In this document: positions 19,401 through 23,864 of the stretch, in pieces | Position numbering within the stretch: the first letter of the stretch is position 1 | Layout of the letters: each line of letters starts with the position of its first letter | Source of the DNA: a virus | DNA: 64,000 nt | Strand: one strand, 5' to 3' | Virus record (IMG/VR): IMGVR_UViG_3300032053_000048 | Coordinates: 1 to 64,000 of that record | Program-made: the position numbers and the translations under genes | Notes under the pieces: generated by a model | Databases searched by the model: none | The model's input: only the letters and a program-made list of their open reading frames with translations | What the model was told of the DNA's origin: nothing

Positions 19401-20714
19401 GCAACCAGGTTCTCGGTATATCTGACCAGCCGGGGTCTCGGAAAAACCATTGAGGATTCTGCCTATGATGCCAAGGAAGCTTCAATTAACATGAACCGTA
19501 AGGCAAAGTCCAGTAAGTTCTTTGATGCCATCTATGCTTTCTGGAATGTAGCATGGCAGAGTCTTCAGAAGAACTTTAAGCTCGCTAAGGATTTCCCGAA
19601 ACGTTTCTCCCAGGTTGCATTGGCATGGATGGTACTTGGATTTCTTGATTCACTGTTAAACTACTCAACTGATGATGAGGACGAGGAAAGCAAGTATTAT
19701 AATATCAATCCCTGGATGCGAGAGAACTACCTTATAATCCCGAACCTTCCTAAGATACTCTCTGGTGAACCTAAAGGACCGAAATATCTCAGCATCCCGT
19801 TACCTCATTTCTGGAGGGGATTCAAGAGTATTGGTTCGTTACTATTTGATGTTATCAATGGCCAGATCGAACCTGGTGAGGCAATAAGAAAGGCAATTAC
19901 GAACTTCGGAGCTGCTATGTCACCAATAGATATCGGAGGATTCTGGAGCGCAACAGGAGAATTCAGTATAGCCCCCTTGATTCCGACAGTGGCTAAACCG
20001 TTTTATGAGATTTCTCAAAACCGTAACTATATGGGATTTACTATTGCCCGGGAGCCTTTTGATAAACGTCAGGAGAAACTACTTGCTGAGGCACGTCTTG
20101 GTAAAGATAATGTAAACCCTGCAGCTAAGTTCTTTACTGATCTGTTGTTCCGTTGGGGCGGTGGAGATAATGCTACCAAGTTCTATACCGATGATATGGG
20201 TATGCGTAAGAAAGTCTGGTCTGAGAACCTTCCAAAGGGACTTATTAATCCCTCGTATGTTGAACATATCTTTAAAGGGGTTACTGGTGGTACTGGTACC
20301 GTTGTCAGTGATCTGATGACGACAATAGGACAGACCATTAATCCTGAGGAAGAAGTAAACTTCCGTAATGTACCATTCATTAACAGGTTCATCAGAATGA
20401 CCCCTGAATCAAAATGGAGGATAATGTCTGAATACTACAAGTTGAAGGAAGGAGTTACTGAGCATAAGGCCCTGAAGAAAGAATATAAGAAAAAGGCAGA
20501 GGCCGGACTTGGAGAGGAACAGATAGCCAAAACAGAAGGAAGCGCATATTACGAGACCTATCAGGATATTCTTGATAGTTATGATAAGGATATCAGCGAT
20601 ATGTCGGCTGAACTTGACTTCAAAGATACAGAAGGAACTAAGCCTATGTGGGACTTAATGCAGCAGTGCATCAATGATATAAAGGCCCTGAAACAAGAAT
20701 ATAAGGTCAAATAA
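4449..20714 (+). CDS. Giant polyvalent virion-ejected protein (DarB-like): ART, inorganic pyrophosphatase, N6-adenine MTase, Strawberry-notch SF2 helicase, zincin metallopeptidase, LPD38-like C-terminus
   Basis: 5421 aa. VYHGT...GFFFA...VYLDIKNP...DQIK (~7386-7990); PTEGQKEAGNYPKGH...DGDLLDVF...FDEHKVMLGF (~8090-8500); LEPSAGEG and NPPF (12294); GFFLGAGTGYGKGR, DESH, QGFGRSHRSNQ (~13350-14960); HEVVAHYGL (16656). Confidence 0.9.
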   Translation: MTVQDVEQNKPKTKSVLGLPSFADLDSYKKTGQFTPGADTYVQSEEDRLKEEEFQKKGALGKMWTGLQQFWYGNLAGLQYGGVELAPILTKIPAVALGARMLGKNRQEVEDALIASEVYKDKARENLDKANAIYGHGFWNEVGKAAPFVASALASGGLGLAGEAAGSVGMAATGTALRGAATLASEGTLGALLGSTYGSSLMESDMYEEMTGKQVPVFQKQADALVSTAAMMLAFRLAGSSVNKIGDAYSNVMKNVLRDNPGLTSSLVGRFIAETPGAAAKLMAIGKQSAAEGLKVGGGMGLMTLTDDFLKNLEKYPEDRLAFSEIVKNTVTSFKSGAFLGAMIGPVSAGIGEGYHYFRRKQNGVNLLQTADGKVYEKVADKDAETYTVIDKNLRPKDIKKSEVIDQVNMTKPELDQALDAYRTNSDALPKIEEGIYTNYAKKSAQDLARQITTFDDKGNAAIVFMTDKDGHTYFQKKLSMLSDGMYAIVGRVEKNPETGELAVKDQMVKITDQQGKMTNGWQISGTATPDEFVQRGVDAYRAKKGWIPGIPGEEPVKDDKTGMPLDPVTRQQQEDAARKVAKEGDKITYQGREFEVMGIGFDGSVKAVELKDGDPIGEYIEIKPDQVDQINDKKFKEPTEDLIPAEGAKVKPGTPVYLKDGVPVSKGEIKGVMSLATDLEQTAGYTWENDKELDKLKKKKFPDSVQNWFIDGKEVTPDEVRGAISVIRTLKDAARIKIQHDPELEKLLADKIALITPVEKPKEVTPKVTPAKVVTKEPGRAPGLEVPGGPQAGGASETAPPPVSEEFHGEGVWAGNKKAKPVSKDWKMTREEFWNLPENQKIYGKLTGKDKDAFLSLHKIAVEEAIKEGKPVPKEVLAEYPDLKPSEKYQLNDMTFDTKDELFEYLDENAVNENGTRKVDFLEHKAGLPEPNVIKAINEWSKKYPVTTKPIEEKPTEVTPEPIGISPENAVEELKTTPVYHGTFANFEKFDPEKLGTSTGAASAKQGFFFATNPTIAASYASKTRKRIDEIKPEMDKLHKEITDLTGDTWIQAAHKLIQLEVNKTPAYSPITNGKVRDILDKLTALEDELQSFDETWMNDQVELADEGNLKKVYLDIKNPFIKDYEGSDFRDEPYAKVIADAKEAGHDAVIFKNTFDGGDPAGNLYPTDVIVVFSADQIKTEPVSTDVIEGGLKSADEIAGEIEEARKDVEPAPTEGQKEAGNYPKGHISVLGMDISIETAKGGIRSGTDRSGKEWSIEMKNDYGHILGTEAADGDLLDVFIGEIKPDQNIYIIDQVRPGTKIFDEHKVMLGFDNGKVAKDTYLSNYEEGWTGFGAMSVMPIEQFKNWAFTKGTYTALGTKRLNQPLSKSILPRTSETEETEETEAPTGPTPAVIEGMAKIKEREKLDRQRAVQENKLFQEQKTRLLDDLIKAEDILLGKNKKFVREHESEYPDKMKDSMIVSQYEYKIEELPENIKAKLSKLGIRVKDGKLVIDIYKDGTVEVGDLRKAMEIIDKGFPKRITERRLLEGPSKPKGRQIRAIAESLGSLEEAQRRVKAAEQNIKEANTPGLKKIMQEYLDEAKTVLAEAKDIDYEGIALKTKISGDEEFLDLFERISDRIYFYDLNKAALYEIIEKNRPAELTVESVLPLIVQNRLDEKSQTLDERIKEVSDEIQNKESELTEKFGHKDGKGLRKPKNNREEYDLRYLNSAINRLIAELEDLETVKPKLNVKGKTEEPIRPAGPERGKGTEDIIPGGTETAPEPTPPKGPAPEFAGETVKYIPHDEWDKNLIKARMYAAKGGLFDPDELAILGKEHWTDLDYLVKAIKAKLGEPAFVGPPQWDELTKHLKAIPGMNTEAAKAYDIYFKNGTITDPQNFRIHLMSRVNPIITDYWVNHFQQLRKDYGPIEITADVIEKVTDMLQKQFLPQYKTMGELIQQINQENISQLMSGGRAGVLKPESEVKLEAWSRYINQFAKPTEFAGEKIETVQPQVSVKELSLTHRIPIGAEGYDYPNKALEPVIKRDVTAYAKEVGRVLGWEHETDKKGKIVYSHVNLPPAGGEATFKLFKPGSDIGIYVKIPYEPTEILPSGEYGSIYSIQGTLEKQGFGPILYRLTSRSTGKDNANHWIGVVDAGEMANQIRKLAESFEKATPEVIAEKPMTAEQKIIEQNKKTLPNMSIGRRGAIAYKSILKAIPILPQLKPGDYYRSGERGDAIMPFSIEAVPIEAGQRIFPDPDAYILTLAHTYEQMGDLMWDPRIDVAVYPAYGIVIPVYYTMSGLGIAREYVVDGKIDEKGMNDTFAFIPQWMNNIVAQGRSITGENKEKILPDLEYEQRPITDREIIKVPSAEDWTYTGGKVISIKDTPIGTEYKVRYDIPGKGSYTAAFYSDNKNLQIPEAFETDAELEAFRSSLVSDTKEPKSPQDRLVDMVKTELEAGQKITNTPQLVKIAEAAGMKIGEHYTDIKELYDIASLALNRYINEVGERFNPFRMDQAQAKNIVEELINLQDLLPTETQRSRTQVELQQYSTPPALAFLSNWIAEVGPGDTMLEPSAGEGNIAIFAKNTGARVVVNEYDQNRINLLKMLGFDKITKEDAKYVFAVNSLKSDKITVVVMNPPFSKDVALGGKMDLHGAEKHISGALKKLEPEGRLVAIVGKGMGFDSPTHREWWDKIKKGYNVKANILISGDAYAKKGTSFDNRLVVIDKTGETPQNAVILTGYAENYSDLTDLLAQIPNKVRNFERDENVTGYSKGKTAPVSRPGEPTGPGPATTDVGGIQRGDTGQPGPIDIRPAGDGKPDTGPSDINRQGGTQLAKPGGPGQVGGGISKTGTGGDSRKGKAGPGRGGIVRGNAGPTGGLPEQYKNKPGGEIPGRGISVVRLPKSEAHNLTNRGYDKYTPEITIEGAKDHPTPLVESSAMASVPLPETDYSPALAKSTVDSGALSSAQLEDIILAGNANEQILPSGERRGFFLGAGTGYGKGRTIAGILLDNWNKGQTKGVWISINDKAHRDSPDYWTAVGGDEKVLIKTTPNAKGPIKIEKGILLTTYGTVRSKFNPKLRRTEDDLKNYFSEPFTSRVQQLAQWLGRDFSGVIVFDESHNMANAISTRGTRGRKKPSNTALAGMELQRMLPNAKIIYSSATGATEVSNLVYAQRLGLWGDGTAFEKADDFINAVDTAGVSGMEIISKDLKSMGLYTAKTLSFDGVEYDTLRHNLVPAQVNLYNQVADAWQIVLKNINAAIEVNETSKEAKAAAMSAFWGAHQRFFGQIINAMQMPTLIKDIQKNLDEGNAVVVQLVNTNEMQLERALAEAREESEGELDLEDLDLSPKSIILDFLYNSFPVQQFQEATDQDGNIVKVPVIDSEGKPVLNPESVAKRDKLLEELDKSIVLPEAPIDMLLNTFGIDNVAEATGRGKRVVLKPGKDGKLTKQEETRTDSNVKQDVNNFMDGEKNMLIFSKAGGTGASYHSDLSRKNQKRRVHYVLQAGWQADAAIQGFGRSHRSNQRVPPLFKLVTTDLRAQRRFLSSIARRLEQLGALTKGQRDTGGAGVLDGSYNLEGRYAKQALFEFYQDVENGRVPGVDMATLEDQMALKIYREDQSGTRVYNENVIFNTKQFLNRLMSLRVDLMDKVFDGFINKLDEEVNAAILSGSYDAGIENVKAEKIRVVDEQLIYTDPRTKGKTYITTFELTLKNDKRDWKRIMAETAAYDQLGRFMGYYQEKNSGKIYAMVQQRIMDADGSTETKIKRMSVIADHHIDYRELREKYNELKKDVAKEIWDKDFAEYPDFRNRTETIVKGLILPIWNRLPNNISVKRYIDEKGQAHLGRYFPPKDIQRIVKDFEVASTQKYSPEQIKKIVKDGGMVRMANGFEFTKGKYQGIPVIKIENTRSYRDGERLERSGATFVVSSSMTMAGDYYISMDKASDVISEIERLFGTTVVHAEDSDGNFIMAKPEGPAFMRRPKDLRGEPSIWEDPRFKRYELAPGEFAEGQMKALFESEVIRRARIMMAHSNVNINVVKTKADLPQELQDYAIRQFGDLSSSEIPSVYDRKNKVIYIVVEDTKSISDLTSNMAHEVVAHYGLERLLGKDAYLDVLKLTYRGMSPVDAVELAARYKVDPEDWKTIAEEYIGDTAGAGKMNPSLWQRIITKIREWIRKLFNIPMSKAEIIVLLNKSREALRRNKYVPEPTEEQLAGDYMKTLTGFAARKEPQPTKHAYGIKVSGSQTLETDIAKGNQDYQTYFAAATPVIGSKAVRWIERAMVRAGFDQENIVNYLNSKILRYKGDDKLQKPFIDALEYVEANPPMKPEPLYQVMIGKGKTPNDLNLIDKDHSVTEDNMESIMNQLDVEGKFDPTFNYRNIQSGADLYRKMVGIYGSDREASLALSRAGIDGMRFIEQEMGNAQPFKVDSYIIFDNTPIDVLNQIAFKRRNKPVFAGEHIARAGQRYTLKQTKRNWNKILTGMREFIQDMDLPIRKFEEEVLKRGGFQTNEMKPYRDKSLTFGRQETLYKEFLNLMEGVTGTSVKISQATGLPIENVLAYTIAKHAPERNLYLRTKEFDEIMKVADPNLTQAEIDEIKDFLAQKDYAGVMQFDTDEAGVALGNYEYPDELAKVITDEFESVVPDKMTKELWSNIRKASTKVLDYWEMGEQISPEMKQEYLDRYNYFVPLRGWRHGYAKYLRFVRGQGVSRSLIHAEGRQSLADNPFVYLQETAFKAIGEMIDNEVKTAMLKLIMRNLSSSELYDMVTIKKLYYVANELPDGTYEWEPTIIRPPQAMFNAGTATMKIYNQHHRLRTPGQAKESEVIVHRPNGDIVMIFKDPQISVAQALNKRNYMFKSIFGGIHDARSMNDAVIPLSYMTNFLKATMTSWNVVFPFTNFLRDAPEAALTQLIKGEHGHNVILNYHRAFPSLVRFMRGKLNLNDPNDVELLNFYRAGGATGFTHPMTSEDAERKMMVKMERMLGRGTVRGAAVHYGQTLVEAVSMWNQLFEDATRFSVYLTSRGLGKTIEDSAYDAKEASINMNRKAKSSKFFDAIYAFWNVAWQSLQKNFKLAKDFPKRFSQVALAWMVLGFLDSLLNYSTDDEDEESKYYNINPWMRENYLIIPNLPKILSGEPKGPKYLSIPLPHFWRGFKSIGSLLFDVINGQIEPGEAIRKAITNFGAAMSPIDIGGFWSATGEFSIAPLIPTVAKPFYEISQNRNYMGFTIAREPFDKRQEKLLAEARLGKDNVNPAAKFFTDLLFRWGGGDNATKFYTDDMGMRKKVWSENLPKGLINPSYVEHIFKGVTGGTGTVVSDLMTTIGQTINPEEEVNFRNVPFINRFIRMTPESKWRIMSEYYKLKEGVTEHKALKKEYKKKAEAGLGEEQIAKTEGSAYYETYQDILDSYDKDISDMSAELDFKDTEGTKPMWDLMQQCINDIKALKQEYKVK
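9640..9789 (+). CDS. Candidate nested 49-aa basic helical protein (+1 frame of giant gene)
   Basis: MSKEKLKNQFDRLVLKEAREQKISYPEAQKRLLNRLRQKVLRQNSQEKL*, with an A-rich leader; coincides with a P/G/E-rich linker of the main frame. Confidence 0.45.
   Translation: MSKEKLKNQFDRLVLKEAREQKISYPEAQKRLLNRLRQKVLRQNSQEKL
12665..12672 (+). promoter_or_regulatory. Intragenic Bacteroidota -7 promoter element (TAATTTTG)
   Basis: Exact TAnnTTTG match 6 bp upstream of the nested ATG at 12679, within an AT-rich patch. A second TAATTTTG lies at 12592. Confidence 0.55.
12679..13080 (+). CDS. Nested/overprinted acidic helical protein (133 aa, +1 frame of giant gene)
   Basis: Amphipathic, protein-like sequence MKTLLDIAREKLHQF...; the main frame over the same span is low-complexity G/P/R; promoter box directly upstream. 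Confidence 0.65.
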   Translation: MKTLLDIAREKLHQFHAPANPLVPVLPQLMLVVFNEETPDNLDLSIYDRQEMENQIQDLLTSTDKAVLNWLNLVDQDRSEEVSQKLEQAGTVERVRQVLVEEVLFEAMQDRLEDFPNNTRISPAEKYRGEAFL

Positions 20715-20735
20715 CGAAATTTAATATAATTTCCT

Positions 20736-22730
20736 ATGATACGGAACTTTACAGAAGAAACCATCAAATCGAGGACTCTCTCTAAGATCGGTGGTAAACA
20801 GGAGCGGATACTCATGCCGGAGATCAATAATGACAGGGTGGTATTGGCTGAGAATATGAAGCTGCTTGAGATTTGTCGAAATGACTGGCAAAGTCTAAGA
20901 GACGCCCGTACTCGCAGACGCAGGAACCGAAAGTACTATAGAGGCGATCAGTGGAGTGATCTTATCAAGGACCCGGATAAGAGTGACGGTAGTGTAATAA
21001 CTGAGGAAACCTACTTGAAAAAACAGGGGAAGGTCCCATTAAAACAGAATCAGATACGCCAGCTAGTTAAGAACCTTATTGGTCAATACCGGTCCAATCC
21101 ATCAAAGGCAGTTATTATAGCCAGGGACAGGGCAGATGCCAAGACAAGCGAGATGTTGACAAATGCCCTGCAAGCAGCAGAGACCGTCAATAAGGTTGCA
21201 AGTCTTGATCCGAGGTCTTTTGAGGAATTCAGTCTATCGGGTGCTCCAATCCAGAAACTGAGTTATCGGTACTGGAAGCAGTATAATCGTCCTGATCTCT
21301 TTATAGAAAACATCAATTTTAACCGTATATTCTTTAATTCAGACGTTCAGGATATAAGACTAACTGATCTTCGCAGGATTGGTGAGATAATCGATACTAC
21401 AATAGATGATATCGTTGCTACATTTGCGAAGAACAAGGCTGACGAAGCCTATATCAAACAACTCTACCGGACTATCATAACCGAGGATTTCCTTTCTCAG
21501 AGAGGACTTGACCCGACAAAGATGGACAGTCTTGACTTCTTTATTCCCCGGGACCCAAGCAAATGTAGGCTTATTGAGGTATGGGAACTAAAAGGCGAGT
21601 GGAGAACCAAGGCGCACGATCTCATGGATGGGTCCTACAGTATTGTCAAGGAATCATTGAAGGAAATAGCAAAGATTAACCGGCAACGTATTACAATGGG
21701 AACCAAACTTGGAGTTCCTGAGGAAGAAATAGCTCTGATCGAGGCCGAAGAAATATTCGAGCAGTTCTGGTATGTTAAGTTCCTTACTCCTTATGGTCAT
21801 GTACTATTTGAGTCAGAGACCCCTTATAAGCACGAATCACACCCTTATGCTCTGGTACTTTACCCTTTACTGGATGGCGAAGTTTGGGGATTTGTGGAAG
21901 ATATCATCGATCAGCAGAGGTATATCAACCGCCTGATCATTCTTATGGACTTTATCATCAATGCCTCAGCCAAAGGAGTACTGATGATACCGGAAGATTC
22001 AATACCTCCGGGAATGAGTGTCAAGCAGTTTGCTGATGAATGGACCAGGTTTAATGGTGTGATAGTATTCAAGCCAAACAAAATGGGAGTTCTCCCTACG
22101 CAGATACATAATAACTCTACGAACATAGGGATACATGAGATGCTGGCCCTGCAGATGCAGTTAATCACCCAAATTTCAGGTGTACATGAAGCCATGCAGG
22201 GACAAACAGCCAAGTCTGGTACTCCGGCTGCTCTATATGCTCAGGAAGCACAGAACGCATCCCTTAATACCCTGGACTATATTCAGACCTTTAACCAATT
22301 CATTCAGGATAGGGATACCAAGGCACTAAAGATCATCTGTCAGTATTATGACGAGCCGAGATTTCTGGCAGTTAGTGGTAAGTCATACTCCCAGGAAGCT
22401 AAGATGTGGGACCCGGAGAAAGCCCGGGATATCGAATTTGAATTAGTTGTGGTTGCTGGTAATGATACTCCTGTTTACCGGAGCATGATAGATCAGACCC
22501 TACTTGAGATGCTGAAAGCTCAGATGATCGATCTTGAGATGTATCTGGAAAGTTCTACTATGCCTTTTGCTGATCAACTACTGGAAAGCATAAGAAGTAA
22601 GAAACAGTCTGCAGAACAGGGACAGGCACCAGCTGTAAATCCGGGCGACCCGCTTGCTGTTGAGGCATCAAAAGCAAATCCTGATGTTATGTCAAGATTG
22701 ATTCCTGCTATGAACGGTCAGGCAGCATAA
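20736..22730 (+). CDS. Portal protein (P22-like)
   Basis: RKYYRGDQW, N-x-IRQLV, EDIIDQQRYINRL, QISGV...MQG and EAQNA motifs typical of podovirus portals; 664 aa. Confidence 0.9.
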   Translation: MIRNFTEETIKSRTLSKIGGKQERILMPEINNDRVVLAENMKLLEICRNDWQSLRDARTRRRRNRKYYRGDQWSDLIKDPDKSDGSVITEETYLKKQGKVPLKQNQIRQLVKNLIGQYRSNPSKAVIIARDRADAKTSEMLTNALQAAETVNKVASLDPRSFEEFSLSGAPIQKLSYRYWKQYNRPDLFIENINFNRIFFNSDVQDIRLTDLRRIGEIIDTTIDDIVATFAKNKADEAYIKQLYRTIITEDFLSQRGLDPTKMDSLDFFIPRDPSKCRLIEVWELKGEWRTKAHDLMDGSYSIVKESLKEIAKINRQRITMGTKLGVPEEEIALIEAEEIFEQFWYVKFLTPYGHVLFESETPYKHESHPYALVLYPLLDGEVWGFVEDIIDQQRYINRLIILMDFIINASAKGVLMIPEDSIPPGMSVKQFADEWTRFNGVIVFKPNKMGVLPTQIHNNSTNIGIHEMLALQMQLITQISGVHEAMQGQTAKSGTPAALYAQEAQNASLNTLDYIQTFNQFIQDRDTKALKIICQYYDEPRFLAVSGKSYSQEAKMWDPEKARDIEFELVVVAGNDTPVYRSMIDQTLLEMLKAQMIDLEMYLESSTMPFADQLLESIRSKKQSAEQGQAPAVNPGDPLAVEASKANPDVMSRLIPAMNGQAA

Positions 22731-23135
22731 CTAACCTCTAAGGTAAAGGTCAATGATTCTTTTACATTCGTCAAACCCAATCCCGAAATGGCATTTGAAG
22801 TTGCGGTCTGAGAGTTTGAGCATGAAGTCATTCTGTTGTGCAGTATGTTCATTAATGAACGCTCCATTTATCTTAAATATCTTGGAGTCCTCAGATTTGA
22901 TCTCAATGAACAGACCATGATACTTAAAATCCCTACTTGGCTCTATAATAAACAAATCAGGATAACCTTTGCCTCCTTGTATGGACTTGAGTATCCCTGA
23001 CTGTGTTTTCGTAAGATTTAATCCTGTAGGGTCAAAATGATACAGAACATTCGGATACTGCAGTTTTAGGTATAAGGCTATGTTCCGATAGATTTGTGTT
23101 TCCCGGTACTCTTTCATTTTGTAGGTATCCCCCAT
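22731..23135 (-). CDS. VRR-NUC / PD-(D/E)XK nuclease (resolvase-like)
   Basis: E..IY, GYPDLFI, GLFIEIK and Q..F...L motifs. Confidence 0.8.
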   Translation of the reverse strand: MGDTYKMKEYRETQIYRNIALYLKLQYPNVLYHFDPTGLNLTKTQSGILKSIQGGKGYPDLFIIEPSRDFKYHGLFIEIKSEDSKIFKINGAFINEHTAQQNDFMLKLSDRNFKCHFGIGFDECKRIIDLYLRG

Positions 23136-23410
23136 ATTGCATCAAATTGTCTCTGTTGTAGTTCGAGTTGAGCTGCTATATCAGCATCTTTCCATGTTAC
23201 ATGGCTTGCCGGACGTGGCCCTTTGTAAATAATGGACCCTGATCTTCTCCACTCGTCAATAAATTGTTTCAATGACATTCCATCTGGAATATCAACAACA
23301 TCGACTTTAAGAATACCGGTTGGGCCTCCCTGTCCTTCAAGTATCTTAGGAGTTACAGCTACGGCTGCAGCTCCGACAACCAGTTTTGAAAAGAATGATC
23401 TACGATTCAT
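23114..23410 (-). CDS. Small protein with twin-arginine signal and a portal-derived segment
   Basis: MNRRSFFSKLVVGAAAVAV. Its IPDGMSLKQFIDEWRR matches portal IPPGMSVKQFADEWTR. Confidence 0.7.
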   Translation of the reverse strand: MNRRSFFSKLVVGAAAVAVTPKILEGQGGPTGILKVDVVDIPDGMSLKQFIDEWRRSGSIIYKGPRPASHVTWKDADIAAQLELQQRQFDAIWGIPTK

Positions 23411-23855
23411 GGTTTAGTGATTTAAGTTCTTCTGTTTGTATGTTACTTACAGCCTCTATATAAGATTTGCGCTGTATTTCATTACTTGTTACTATAGCAA
23501 AACACTGTGATATCATGTGCTCGTAATCCCTGTACTTTGGAAAGTAAGGTATATTCTTATGCTTGAGTTTCTTTAAGCCTTCAGAATTAACCTCATCGAA
23601 TCCACCTGCTAAGTTACGAAGAATATAATAAGTCCGACCATCGGTTTTATTTCTCATCTTGGCCCGGTAAATAGCTCTATTGATAAGCTTTTCATCTCGC
23701 CTTACATTCCAGACAGATGTTTTAAAACCCCTCCATTCCTGCCAGTCTATCTTTAACCTGGTCCAGATATCCCTGAGGTATCCTGTTACTGCCAGAAATA
23801 CCACTAAAACGAGCAATACTGCTCCTGCGATGATGTAATAAACGTACTTATTCAT
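23400..23855 (-). CDS. Membrane-anchored basic hypothetical protein downstream of terL
   Basis: N-terminal TM helix (YYIIAGAVLLVLVVFLAVTG) followed by a basic domain (RAIYRAKMRNKTDGRTYYIL). Confidence 0.7.
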   Translation of the reverse strand: MNKYVYYIIAGAVLLVLVVFLAVTGYLRDIWTRLKIDWQEWRGFKTSVWNVRRDEKLINRAIYRAKMRNKTDGRTYYILRNLAGGFDEVNSEGLKKLKHKNIPYFPKYRDYEHMISQCFAIVTSNEIQRKSYIEAVSNIQTEELKSLNHES

Positions 23856-23864
23856 ATTTAGAGC

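Noticed and set aside
4549-20392. Other short overlapping ORFs inside the giant gene
   Set aside because: They overlap conserved domains, lack leaders or promoters, and have typical shadow composition, unlike the ORFs at 9640 and 12679.
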